Shown here one piece after another: positions 22,724-36,900 of a stretch of DNA of 64,000 nt. The first letter of the stretch is position 1. Each line of letters begins with the position of its first letter. The translations under genes and the position numbers were made by a program. The notes under the pieces were generated by a model that did no database searches, was not told the DNA's origin, and saw only the letters and a list, made by a program, of their open reading frames with translations. This DNA is from Eledone cirrhosa (taxonomy: Eukaryota). The stretch is from the NCBI GenBank assembly GCA_964016885.1, contig CAXHJY010001379.1, forward strand, positions 1-64,000. The letters are read 5' to 3'.

Positions 22724-23319
22724 TGTGATTGTTTCATGTGTTTATTTTAAATATATGTATGTCAATCAATTTCTAGTTGATATAAAATGCTCGGATCTAT
22801 TCATTGGAATCTTTGAGCTTATTCTACGGTGGATATGGCGCATGTCTCGGACGTGACTCCCTTAATTTAATTTAATTAAATTAATTTTAGATATATAAAC
22901 GGCTCCTTAATTGTAGAGCTTACTCAGTTGAAAGGACCCGGCTGCTATTTATAGCTGTCGATCACCCTATTCACGCCAATGTGGTGACGCTAGCATGTTG
23001 TTAGTAGTTTTAGAAATGGAACACATGCGATGGCTCACTCGCAGATTTGCATTAGATGTGTAAGCACAGATCGTTAAATCTTCCCCCTTGCCGAAGATCC
23101 AAGATTTGACTACTGTGACTTTACGGATTAACGGTGAAATGTATTTCTTTAATGAAATATACACGAGGAGGATTAATCAGTTTTTAAAAAGGTAATATTT
23201 GAAGCTTAGTTACCTACATAACTATGTGTGATGATTACACACTCTACAAATTATCCCCTGTGATTGTTTCATGTGTTTATTTTAAATATATGTATGTCAA
23301 TCAATTTCTAGTTGATATG

Positions 23320-23925
23320 AACGACAAAGCATAAATGAATTGAGAGAGAGATTGAGCATAAGAGGAATCAAATGCTGTGTGCAGGAGAGGCGGTTGCGCT
23401 GGTATGGACATGTGATGCGTATGAAGGATGACAGCTGCATAAAAAGGTGCAGAGCACTAGAAGTTGATGGAAACCGCGGAGTGGGGAGACCCAAGATGAC
23501 CTGGGATGAGGTGATAAAAGCCGACCTTACCCAACTACACCTCTCAAAGACAATGACACACGACCGTGACTTCTGGCGTCACGCAGTAATACAGAGTACC
23601 CGATCTCCCATGGGTACATGCTGAAGCATATAAACAATATGCCTCCACACCCCCCACCGCAAGGTGGTCGTGGAGGTGCCACGGCAAAAAAGCACCCAGC
23701 CCACACTGTAAAGTGGACGTGTAGGCGCCACGAAAAAGCACCCAGCACTCACTGTAAATGAGGTTGGTGTTAGGAAGGGCATCCAGCTGTAGAAATCAAG
23801 CCAGATCAGTTCCTGTATGAGCAAGGCATGGTCAGCCGACCAGACACTGCACACAACAGGACAACCCGTCTAACCCATGCTAGCGTGGAAGAACGGACGT
23901 AAAACGGTGATGATGATGATGATGA

Positions 23926-23930
<5 letters not shown>
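23320..23930 (+). mobile_element. RTE-like LINE 3' fragment followed by a SINE-type tail ending in (GAT)n
   Basis: ORF 23340..23624 contains RRLRWYGHVMR, GVGRPKMTW and DRDFWR; tail acccatgctagcgtgg..ggacgtaaaac(gat)n. Confidence 0.85.
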
Positions 23931-23971
<41 letters not shown>

Positions 23972-24549
23972 GAACAACACAAAATATAACTACCCCATTA
24001 TCAAAAGTTTCTGGACCACACAGACGATAATAATATACATCTGGATCGGTCGTCAGACAAAGATGTTATAGCCGAGATTTAACTTTGCCTTTCATCCGAT
24101 AAGATAACGCACCAGTAACGTACTGTGGTTGATTTAATCGACTTTCCCCTCCCCCCCAAATTACTGGCCTTGTGCCTATACTAGAAATCATTATATTGTC
24201 CACTGTGTCATTTTTTTTTTTTTTTTAGAGTTTAGGGAATGGTTTTAGGGAGATTTGACTGTTATTTCTAGTAGGTCGAACGACCGACTAAAACAGTTTC
24301 CACCGTTGACTCAATGTTGACACGTTTTTGTTTAGCAATCAAATTAGCGTTGAAAAAGTAGAATTATGTCCAAAGGCATTCCAATTGTGATTGTCCCGCC
24401 TTCTTTGGGATGTCTACTACGTCATTATGTCCTCCATTTTTTAAAACGGTAGGGTCTGATTTGAGGCAAGATTTGGCTGCTATTTCTAAAGCAAATGACC
24501 ATATTTTAAAGATGTTAACACAAGACACACTCATACGTGTATCTATCTA

Positions 24550-24582
<33 letters not shown>

Positions 24583-24813
24583 CAGAGCAATGCGAGAATA
24601 CTGTGTTGCGTTGGAATACAAAATAAATCAAATTTAATGACACGAGTGGAAAATGGGACAAAAACACGAACAAACGCAACGAAAGAGAAACGGACGAAAA
24701 AAGTAGAGAACGTGCGACACACACACACACATATATATTTATACACACACGTTAGGTAGCATTTTGTGCATGAACATACATAATATATATATGTTATATT
24801 ATATTATATATAT

Positions 24814-25307
24814 CTAGGGCGGGTAAAATTCCTGAGATCCATGGACGAGTTCTCTCCAGCGGTCTCTGTCCCTCATTATCGCTGCCATGTCCTGCGTCTC
24901 CAACAGACCAGTGTCTGTCCTTAAGGCATCAACATACGTTAACCTTGGTCTTCCTCTTCCAGTGTGTCCATGTAGGGGCTCCCACAGGAGCACTGAGTGC
25001 AATGTCAACTCTGGATGTCGGTGCCACAGCTTGAGATCGGTGTGGAAGTCGGACCTTCGTAAAGACCTGAAAATCAGCCTCTTCATTGCTGTAGTGGAGT
25101 CTGTGCTGCTGTACGAGTCTGAGACTTGGACACTGACCAAGAAACTCACTCAGATGGTGAATGGGTGCTACATGAGAATGCTGAGGATGGCTCTGAACAT
25201 TAATCAGTACACACTGAGGATGAAAAACTCAGAGCTGTATGGGAGCCTCCCAAAAGTGACACAGAGGAGACTGAGGTTAGCTGGACATGCTCACCGACAT
25301 CCAGAGT
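24814..25307 (-). mobile_element. RTE LINE insertion with an inverted 5' part
   Basis: The 3' half reads on the minus strand (HRHPE..GRGRPRLTY..DRDRWR) and the 5' half on the plus strand (ESVLLYESETWTL..RRLRLAGHAHRHPE). Confidence 0.88.
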
Positions 25308-26006
25308 ATATTATATATATATATGAAAATAGTCAGGACCCCGACGGCTGAGCTCCAGCCGTTTCGATAGCTAGTTCCGAACGATATATATATATGTGTG
25401 TGTGTGTATGTATACACACACGTGTGTGTATGAAGACATGCAGGTATATGTTTGTATAAATAAATATATATATATATATATATATAAATCTGTGTGATGG
25501 TGGATGTGCGAATGAGTACTCAATACCGAAGTAGAGTTTAATAATATTCTTTAATATGTCTAAGTGGTGGGTCTTCTTGTTACACAGGATCATCAGATAT
25601 GACTATATTAATTGATGATCCTATATGGACGTAGGTGAAACTCCACAGTAATAAGACTTCCCTCCCCCACTTAGACAATAATAAAGAATAATTATCTCTA
25701 ATTTTGTTACAAAGCCACCAATTTTGACGATTATATAAACCCTTAACTGGTACTTTGTAATAAAGAATTTTATATATATATAAACACATACATACACACA
25801 CATATATATATATAAACACACATGTATATATATATAAACACACATGTATATATATATAAACACACATATATATATATACGCATAAACATATATATACGCA
25901 TAAACGTATATATATATAAACACACACGTATATATATAAACACACACATATATATAAACACATATATAAACACACACATATATAAACACGCACACACATA
26001 AACACG

Positions 26007-26043
<37 letters not shown>

Positions 26044-26097
26044 ACACATATATATATATATAAACACACACACATATATATATATACACATACACAC

Positions 26098-26143
<46 letters not shown>

Positions 26144-26348
26144 ATAGAGAGAGAGACAATCTCCGAGATCCGATAATTTGGAAGTTAACGAACGATATGA
26201 CAAGCTAAAGGTGCTACACAATAGAATAACATCCCTATATTCTTATAGGCAACCCTAAAAGACGAAAAAGTATTAGTGATAAGAAGAAAGATAAAAAGTT
26301 TTATGATGAAAGAAAATTTCGGGAAATAAAAAAAGGAAAAAAAGTCAC

Positions 26349-26387
26349 CTCATTTTCAATTTCGCCGATTTTCTCTAGTACACCCAT
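26349..26387 (-). CDS. DRG1: DRG1 exon 1 (MGVLEKIGEIENE)
   Basis: ATG at 26387, donor GAG|GTGACT; matches the DRG N-terminus (..KIAEIEAE) and joins exon 2 in phase 0. Confidence 0.9.
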
Positions 26388-26504
26388 ATTGAAAGATTTT
26401 TAAAAATAGTTAATTCTTCGTGATGAGAGTCTGTTAATAAATTAATATGTGTTTTCTTTTTGTTTCTCGAAGACGAATATTAAAAAACTGCATGGATGAA
26501 GCAC

Positions 26505-26580
26505 CACCATATGCCGGGAGAAGTATTTTACAGGAAGTCTTCATACACTAAAGAGTTACTTCCGTTGTAGGTTTTAGGGA
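26505..26580 (-). promoter_or_regulatory. Candidate DRG1 core promoter with ETS-type motifs
   Basis: ACAGGAAGT (26530-26538) and ACTTCCG (26558-26564) lie 140-180 nt upstream of the ATG. Motif evidence only. Confidence 0.4.
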
Positions 26581-29500
26581 TAATTTGAAGTTAATGACTG
26601 TCAACATGTACATAAATATTTGTTATTTATTTGAAAATCATAATATTTGTAAATGTTAAAAAAATTATAATGTTTCTGGTTGTATAAAAATCTATCTTTA
26701 AAAATAGCGAGTGTGTATATGAGAGAGATGGAAAGATTTCTTTTTTGTTTATGTTTGATGTTCTCAGAGCTCGTATAGAATGAAAATATGAGAAGGAATA
26801 CACACTTATCGCTACCACCCCAATGATATGAGCCCCGACGGGGTGGAAGAATGCTCTCTTGTGTGTCGTCAGAATCCCAGGCGCAATCCATCTTGTGGTC
26901 CCTGCGGGGGAGAGAATGTAAAGAGTACTGCCCAGGAGGACAGCGTGTTGATATAGTCATTCTAACTAGCGGGGGTTCACTTCTGCGGGTGGCCAACTCC
27001 AACCCCAGTGACTAAAGAGGTAGTAAGGGAACCCAAGGCATCAGAAGTCTCCACCGCTATAGGCTAGACGAGAAGCCAGTTTATTTCGTAAGGCTTACTC
27101 TAGCGGTTGGCCAACTCCGCTTAATAGCAGTATGTAGGGAGGTGAAGTCTTTACTGCTATAGGTTTGATAAGAATGCAGTCCATTTCATGGGACTCACTC
27201 CTGCGGGTGGCTGACTCCATCCCGATAACAGTCAAACATGTGCGAGAGTCCAACTAAAACATGTTTTCCGATCCGACGACGAGTGCTCCGTGTGATTTAA
27301 TTAACGGGGCTGACTGCTCATGAAATTAACGTTTAAGTGGCTGAGCATTCCACAGACACGTGCAGCCTTAACGTAGTTCTCAATGAGATTCGGTGTGATA
27401 AGGACCGCCTCCTAGAATTTACAAATACAACTAAGTTTTTTAATTAATATTAAGGTTAGCGTTTCTTTCAATTTTAAATGCAGGGCAATAACCATGAAAC
27501 TGCCTTTAAACAATAATAAAATATATTGTTTTCTTTTTATATAAATTCTCTCCAAAACATCTTCATTCCCTGACTAAACAAACAAACAAAAAAAGAATAA
27601 AGAACTGTTTCTACAACTCATACATGAAACTGTTGCCTTATCTGATAGAAATAGCAGCCAAATCTATCTCCTATCACACACACCCTCTACTGTTTTCGGG
27701 AAGGACACATTGAATATCGTAGTCCTGGGTTCCCTGTAAATAAGAAAAAGATAAGATGGTTACGGCTGGAATGTCTGCTAAAAAAAAGCAATTAAGATCA
27801 GTCCCAAACCCGGAGGTTCTTCGTGTTGGTGCTCACCCCGGTTTTCTCGACGTTAAGTGACTGAAGGTTTGAGACTCACCCCACACTAGACAGGACACCA
27901 CCCAGTCTTTTATATTCTTCTAAACATAGTTTATTCAATGTTACATTATCCAATGTATCCTTCCCTTTATTATTATTATTATTATTTTATGATGGTAAGA
28001 TCGTTTAGGTTCGATTTCTGGACTGGGTGTTTATCCAATGTTTTGATCGAATCTGAACTTCAAAAGTGTTCGTTTTTATTTTTTTAAGATAAATTGATGG
28101 GTGGGATCCTCGGAGTTTTCGGATTTTGGAGGTGTGACGCATATTTTACTTGAAACATATTCGTCGCCGAAATTATTTACATTTGTATAATGAAAGAACG
28201 AAAATATTTGATAAAACGAAAGTACATTCGATAAAACGATAGTCTTCGATTATATCCCTGATATTCCTCCTTACTTAAGTTTCATGACCGTCAATCTACG
28301 ACACTTATATTCGTCAGTTCTAGCATTAAAATAAAAACAAAACACCGAAAAATCGAAACCTTTATTAAATCATCAACGTTAGCAAATTAAAATATATATA
28401 TATATTTTTAAAGAAAAGAAGGGAAAATATTAAATTGCCAAAGTAAGGGGGGGGATAGAAGGGAGTAACAGATTCTACACTCGGTCTAGTTAGTATGTAT
28501 ATATATATATATATATTTTTTTTTTTTAAAAGGATTAACATAAGACAACACAAAATAATGTAACAAGTGTCGCAAAATGGGTTGAATTGGGAATTCGAAA
28601 CCGGGTCATCAAGTTTGGTTTGCCGGAAGTTCTCTAAAGGAATTGTCAGCATGTCATAAAAGGCTATGGCGAATTTTATTTCGTAACATTTCTCTCGTCA
28701 TTTAATTTCAATTTATTATTATTGTTTTCGATTTTTAAAGAAATGATTTATATTTGTAAATAAAATAAAAGAAAACCAATTCAAAATTCTTTCTAACATT
28801 AGTACAAATTAATAAATAATAATAATAATGGTTTCAGGAAAATAGCCTTGTTTTTTTGTTGAAAATATAAATAAATTATTTTGTTTTTAATTTATTTACT
28901 GCCAAAAAAGTTATATACAATGAACGTATATACGTTGCCTAGGAATAATATAATATACACATGTATGTATATAAATATATAAAAGGGATTATATATATAA
29001 ATAAATAAATATATATATATATATATTGTCAGGTAAACTGTTGATAATTATTATTCATAAACATAGGCACAAAACCAGAAATGTGTTAGAAGAATATAAA
29101 TCGATTATAGTAATTATTTAATCGACTGATTTCCCTAGAAGGAGGGAAACTAAAGACGGCTTCGATTGTGATTTGAACTCGTTACGTAAAGATATGTAAC
29201 AAGGCATTGTGATAATACGACGCTCTGTCGAAGGACAAAGTAATTTTCTTAAAGAAAATGAAAAATTTAATGAAAACCATTTGTAGATATATTTAACAGG
29301 GGTTAATATTTATATGAACAGATTGTTATAAATAAATTGATCATATGAATCTTGGGGAGGAAAGAAAAAAATAGCAGAGAAAGAATTAGAAATGTCAACT
29401 ACGAAACTGATATTTCATATATGTTTTACATGAAAATGCAAATGACTCGGGTCATGTTTTTTTTCTTTTTGGCTGCGGGACTATAACAAATTGAAGGATA

Positions 29501-30249
29501 CAAAGAAAGAAGAAAAGAGAAAGGGGTTTATATAGGGGAAAATGTGGAGGTAAATAAGTGTAATGAAGAGAATAAATAATATTTAAAAAATTAAATCAAA
29601 TAATAGAAAAGACCGTAGATTAGTAATGACTGAAATATAATTATTACAAAAAATATCCCTGTAAATAATTTCATAAAAATTTACATAAAAAAATACTACA
29701 ACAGAAAAACAAACATTTTGTTTTATTTGTCCTCAGAATGGATAAAAAATATCTAAAACATATTTTTAAATCATGAAACAAAAAGAAAACGATAGTAATT
29801 CTAATTCTGATATTATTAATCATTATTATTGTAATTTTATAATCGATTTGGTGTTTAGTGGTTATTTATTATTATTATGCAAATGAGTTAGGTCAGTGTT
29901 TTGGTTGCGCATGTTAAGATCCGGGTCGTTGTGTTCGTGTCCCCCTAGTATGTGTGTTGTGTGTGTGTCAGGTCCGTGCCAAACCAAAATCAAAAATTCT
30001 ACCATATAAGCAAGCAAATATTAGATATATATACATATATATAAAAGGAAACAAAATAGACAAAAGCAACAACAAATCCATTGGAATAATAATTATTATT
30101 ATTATCAATTATCATCATCATTATCATATGAAGAAGACCAACAGCTAGTAACAACAGTACCAATATTATTATTTAAAAGACCAGTAGCAGCAATACCAAC
30201 AGCAACCAAGTTAGTTTTTTTTTTATCTCTCTATTTTATATATTATATT

Positions 30250-30289
<40 letters not shown>

Positions 30290-30787
30290 ATAATATATAT
30301 ATTTATATAATGTGTATGTATATCTGGTATCTATTATGTTATGTGTGTATATATTTGATGTATAATATGTTATACGTGTATAAATTTGATGTATTATGTA
30401 TATATTTAGTATATATGTATATATATATATATATATAAATCCACCAATATCAAAACTCTTTGCACCAGAGCTAACCTCTATTCTCAACACTACATATACA
30501 CACACAATTTTTTTTTTTTTAGATGTATTTTGTATATCTTTTCTCATCGTCTTTAGCTAATTTCCTCTAGGTTTGTCTAAACCTCACTTTCTCTCCTCCT
30601 TCACTACAACAGTTTGTTGAAAACATTAACTTCTATAATTACAAACTGCCAGATTTAATTTTACTGTTATCACTATTAACATTATTGAACCGTTTAGGGT
30701 TTTAATATCACTTAATATACCATTAGCATCGCCACAAATATTGTTTATAATTAAGAATATAAACCAAAGCAAACTAGACCAGCAAGA

Positions 30788-30829
<42 letters not shown>

Positions 30830-31680
30830 TAACCAGTTATTTGTTTTTAGTCGACGATATTTAAATATATTTGTAAAATAGCTTCACACACAAAGACAAA
30901 AGCCAGCAGTCTGTTATTTTTATTATTTTGTTTTTCCTGTGTATAAAATGTCTGTTTTATTATCCAGCCGGCTTATGTGTGTATTGTTACATCAGTTGTT
31001 GTTGTTTTTTTTAAGTATATATTTATTTAAAAGTAAAACGGTAAATGGATGCTTATAATAAATTATATTGAAATGTACATTTCAATACAATGTGGGTGTG
31101 TATACATGTGTGGGTGTATATACATATATTTGTATACGCAAAAGAACAACAAATTCGTACATAATACAAATAGTGATGATATATACACAAATATAGACCA
31201 ATTACTTTTTAAAATATACATATTATATATACACATATAGATATGGTTTAAACTGATGTTTTGTATACACTATAAAGCTAGCCGGTTTATATATATATAT
31301 ATATGTGCGTTAATATATATCCACAGTAAGATAGCAACAATTAAAATTATTTACAAGAATAGTTTAAAATTCCAATCTAACTGCTTCTGTGCGAACGTTG
31401 TTTTATTTTAATCTACAAGACAATGGCTAGTTTTTATGTTGTGGCTTGCTGAGCCATGTTTGTTGAGGTCCTTGCAAATTGTAGACAATGACGCCACAGT
31501 CATGTATGTGTGTATATATAATATATATATGTATATTATAGACGATGCTAACTCTGTATATTATATGTATATATATATATGTATATTTGTTTCTACTTTA
31601 GGCACAAGGCCAGCAATTACTCAGTTCATTACTGGTACTTTATTTTATCGACCCCGTAATGTGTATATATATATATATAT

Positions 31681-31712
<32 letters not shown>

Positions 31713-33396
31713 TACGTTGACTTTGTACCGTTTTCGTTTACGACACTCGTTTCTGATATATAAAAACACTTGTGTATATATAACCGTTATCTATCCATAT
31801 ATATATATATATATATATATATATGGTTACGAAATACCCATATACTTATTACAGCCAAGCACGAATTATGTGTATATGTGTTTGTTTGTGTGTTTATATT
31901 TATGTATATATTTATACTCGTTTATTTAGAATACTCGTAATTTTTATACAGTGGAAATATAGGTTAGCTAAGGTTTAAGTACACAAACATGTGTAACTGG
32001 ACATACCTATATATAATATATATATATATATATAATCATTCAGCGACTCATATTATTCTCAACTAAACCTTATTGAATGAATATATATATATTTAACTGA
32101 ACAATATTATATTTGTGAAAGAAAACATAATGAACGGATTTAAAATTTAAGACAAAACTAAAACAAAGGTTGGTTAAAAATCATACACAGACCATCTTTT
32201 ATTTTAATTATTTTAAATGAAAACAATTTTAGTTAAATAAAACTCAATAATATTCAACAAGAATTCCACCAGCACAATAACAATAACACCAACTGCTTGT
32301 GTGGTCACCAACTTTGCTAGAAATAATAGCGAAATCCTCCTCAAATCACATGAGTTGAAACAAATTTCCCCCTCCAACGCAAGACGGGCGTGATTGTAAA
32401 AAATTTACCATCTCATTCTTTTTTTAATTTTTTTTTTTTTTTTTTTTTTTAAGGGAAACCCCACATTGATATATTTGATATAGATGGACTAGAATAGAGA
32501 AGTGGGGAATGGTCATAGCAGGATTGGTTTTGATCATAGGGCTGAACTACAAGATCTGACCTAGGGTTAAATAGCAAGAAACAAACAAGACACTTATCCG
32601 TTTCTGTAATTTCAGGTTTTAAATAAAAGAAACATGGAAAGGAGAATGGTAGATGTAGCATTAAGCGAAGGAGGGGGGGGGGGGGGGGGGGGTTACTAAC
32701 ATGGTTATGCATGGTTATGTGTGTTATTCGTGCAGAGGGCATCCCTGGGAAAGATTTCCCATGTCATTAGGTAACATTAGGCACACACAGGTCTCTCTCT
32801 CTACAGTCTGTCTCTCTAGTCTGTGTGCCTCTCTCTATATATACACACACACACACCTTTCCTCTCTCTCTACCGACCGAAATCAAATGTTAATGTATTG
32901 TTTTATTCCACTTAATGTCCTTGAGAAAGCATGAACGTCACCGAATCACTTCACCTCACTACCCTATCAGTGGTCAGTTTTTAGCCAACAAAATTAGCCG
33001 CTCGTCCACGTATGACTCCATGTTCGTTTTGTACTTTTACTCCATCTTAAATATTTGTATGTGTTTGTGTGTGTGTTTTAGGGCTTGAAATTGAGAATTA
33101 AACATAAGGTTGGCTTTTAAATTAAATCTCTAAAGCACAATTATGACAATTTGGTTTACAACTAAATCTGCCCCTACCTCTCCCCTACCTCCCTCACCCT
33201 ACCTACCTCTCCCCTACCTCCCTCTCTTTCTCTCTCTCTGTACCGTTTTGTTAAGACAGCAGTATCGATGAAACTTCGAAGTAAACTGTCAGCATTATAA
33301 TAGTAAATATTTTGACTATATAAAATATACAAACATGATTGCATCCTTCATTCATTGCATGTTTAGTTTATGTAAACACACTCCTACACAAGCGTG

Positions 33397-33473
<77 letters not shown>

Positions 33474-33549
33474 TTTGAAATTTGATTACTCAGTCATGTT
33501 TGTATACTAACAAATCTATTTCCCCTTTAAATATGTCCATAAACATTGA

Positions 33550-33599
<50 letters not shown>

Positions 33600-33917
33600 C
33601 TCAATAAACGTAATGAAGACATAAATCGTCCTTTTTATCACACACACACACACACACACACACACCCTCTGATGCCCGTTATCCCCATGCCAATAATTAG
33701 TAGAGGGTCGTAGTTCTGTTCTGTCGGGTGGATTTGTATATCGGGGGGACAGTTTTCGAAGGATGTGTGTGGTTTAAACTCATCATTGATCGGTCTGAGT
33801 GAGGTCGAATGTGGGTTTATGGATTGTTTGCTATCACCTCGGACTTGGTGGCTGTTAGCTTTGGTTTGATATGGATGGATTTAAGTTAAGTAAAGAAAAT
33901 TGACAGCCTTAGTTACA

Positions 33918-33952
<35 letters not shown>

Positions 33953-36900
33953 TATACACAAGGTGAGCAATTACATAAGTATAAGTGTAATTTTAGGTAT
34001 TCAATAAATAAAAACTGATATTCACTTTTCATTTTTTTTATTTCGTGGTGTCAGAGGTCAGGTCGCAAGGGCTGCGAGGTAAATTTTGACACTTAGCTTC
34101 CAAAAAAATGTCTTATTCCACGGTGTAATTGCTTTAGTTTTCAACACACTTGCCAATCATGTGGTCATTAGACTTATTAATGATTTAACAATGTAATTAC
34201 TTAAGGAGGGTGGGCAGTTTTTTTGTCTCGCGTTGAACCTCGATGAGAATTGCATTGAGTACACGTGTCTGTGGAATGCTCAGCCCACATGCACGTTAAT
34301 TTCGTGAGTAAGCTCCGTACCGTTGATCGAGCTACTTGACAACTACTCATCGTAGAAACAGACTGAGGTCCCGAGAGGCCAAGTCTATCTATTACCAGGG
34401 GATGGGGATGCAGTTATTTATAAATCAACAGAATCCATCAAATATTTTGCTCTGATACTTTATTTTTATTGACTGCTTGGAGATAATGACGAATCGTTAT
34501 AATCGATATCTGAAGGTGATAGATTTTGTATAAAAACAATGTTTATATATATGTATTATTCGATTTTTGTAGTTTTCTCTCGCTCTTTCCCCTTGTGTTA
34601 GTATTTCATTTGGAGAAAAAAAGGCGGTTACGTTTCATCCACCATTTCCTGTCCGAATATTTTTTAAAAAATACCTTGCAGTACTTACTTCAGTTGCGTC
34701 CCTTTACGTTTTTAAGTTCAAACTCTGTCATCGTAGACTTTGGCCGTCATCCTTCAGTAGTGGATAAAATAAAGTACCAGTTAAGTACTGGATGTGTGGG
34801 GGGGGGGGTCGATCTAATTGACTATAATAACCTTCTCCAAGACACCTGGCCTGGTGCCAATGTTATTGTGTGTGTGTGTGTGTTATGCAGATATATATTT
34901 TATATTTTAAATACCATTCTTAGTTTTTAAATATATTTCAAAATTTATTAGTTTTGGCGAATCGCCAAAGACTAATTTTTTTTTTTACTATACTTGTACT
35001 GCTGCCTGAAACATTTTATCTGGATTAGACTTAAACAAGTAATTTTAAATTTCCTGGGGGTTTTATTTTTGGGTGGGAGGGTGTTCTTTTCAGATTTTAG
35101 TGAAATGGTAGGGTTTAGGAAAATATGGTGTTCATGTATTTCGTGAGGATGTTTAGCAAAGTAGATTATATTACAGCCCCTAACAAATAGATTTATTTAT
35201 TTCAATGGCTACTATATTCAAATTATTTTATAATCAAACGACTGACTTTCTTCTTAAACTGTTTTTTTTTTATTTTTTTTATTCAAGACTTCATTGCGTT
35301 ATTGAAGGTACACGTACGTATATGCATGCACACACACACGTATGTATATGTGTATATGTATGCATGGATATATATATATATATATGAATGTATATATGTA
35401 TGTCTCTGATGACACTTTCTAATTGATCATTCACTATTCAATACTGTTTTGTTTTTCGTAGTTGGAAGTTTTATAGAAGCGTCTTGGAATATTCTAATTT
35501 CTTCCTTCAGAATCAAACTTTTTCTTTCGTTCATTCCATTTTAAGTCCTTTTACTACAAGACTTTCTACTGGTTATGATACGAAAACTATCCATTTTAAA
35601 CCCGTTTGATAACCAAACCGCATGAGACCGTCTCTAGTTCTGACCGACCGTCCCAGATTTCATACAGACATTGTGTATTGTATCTCTAGAAATACATTAT
35701 CTAATGTATCTTTCGTTTTTTCTTTTTTTTTTAACGTAGTGTGGTGTCAGGTTGGAGAGATTTGGTTGTCTCTAGCAAGTCGAATAACAGTATAGACCAG
35801 GTCTCAAACACAGTGGATCATTTCTTGTTGTTTGGACGCACGCCCCCATATGGGGCAATTTGAAAATGATGTTAATGAGAACAAACTTCAGGTTTTACCT
35901 TATTACTTTTACACCAAGGCAAGTTTGGTATACATTACTGTCAGAAACTCCTGTCTCACATTCTCCTCCACACGTTATTGTACATCTAGCACTACCTATA
36001 GTTTCGGATTTAGGACAAATGAGAGCCCCCTTCCTGGCCAATGGGGACCTGTGCTTGAGCACACAAGTACAAAGGTAAATTCAGCACTGCAGTTGCTGTT
36101 TTTATATCAAAGGGTCGGGGGTATTACAATGTTTGGTATGTTGAGGTGGGGCATGGTACACAAAAGATTGGGAACTACTGTTCTATACACTCAACCATGA
36201 ATTAGAAATAGGTTTGTTTAGCCCCTGGTCACTTTGGATCAGTTGTTCCAGAATTTATTTTATACGATTCTCCAAAAATTGAGACACCCATGTTTATGAG
36301 TTTGCTAAAAAGTTCATGAACTGACCAAGAGACTCTCATGGAATGTCCAAATGAGATTTATTTTTCAACATAGTCCCAAGAAAGATACAATGCAGTTATT
36401 ACTAAGGTTTGAAATTAATGCCACACAAGATTTCACAACTGTAGCAACACTCCTTCATAGTCAGCCTATGAACTTCTCAGCATACCCTTTTATTTTATGG
36501 AGAATCTCCATCACCCTAATTAAGGTAAGGTAATGTAAATGGCCCTTTAACGCCTGATAGTCGTAAGGGTGGCATGTCTAACATTTTAAGTCTGGTAGAG
36601 CCCACCTCTCTCAAGGTCAGAATACAGTCAATTTCTTCTGGAGAAAGAGGAAGAATTTGCCCCAATACTGTACTGCTACTTTATTGACCTTGAAAGAATG
36701 AAAGGCAAAAGTGACCTTGGTTGGATTTGAACTCAGAATATAAAGTGCTGTGAAATGGAACAAAGACCACAGTATTTTAGAATCCAGCTTTTTCTTTTGT
36801 ATTTAAGACATTTATTAGATATATCCTTCACTTTCTAAGGCAATAGTTATGAGGGAGGCATTAGCTGTTATTTCTTGCAATCTACACGACTGTGCAGAAG

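Larger units (their letters stand above)
10116..26387 (-). other. DRG1: DRG1 gene span (developmentally regulated GTP-binding protein 1), 9 coding exons, 365 aa
   Basis: Manual splicing of exons of 39+166+131+70+170+186+113+123+100 = 1098 nt gives an uninterrupted Obg-family GTPase: G1 [14 protein letters not shown]3 DLPG, G4 NKID and a C-terminal TGS domain. Motifs such as [22 protein letters not shown] and [12 protein letters not shown] are DRG1-type rather than DRG2-type. Confidence 0.96.

Noticed and set aside
25580-26221. Cys/Val/Tyr/Ile-rich ORFs up to 213 aa (and similar [16 protein letters not shown] and RERE ORFs throughout)
   Set aside because: Dinucleotide microsatellite artefacts.
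26960-27230. HDV-like ribozyme call
   Set aside because: A P3/L3-like hairpin is present, but the P1, P1.1 and J4/2 elements could not be placed; kept only as a candidate structured repeat.
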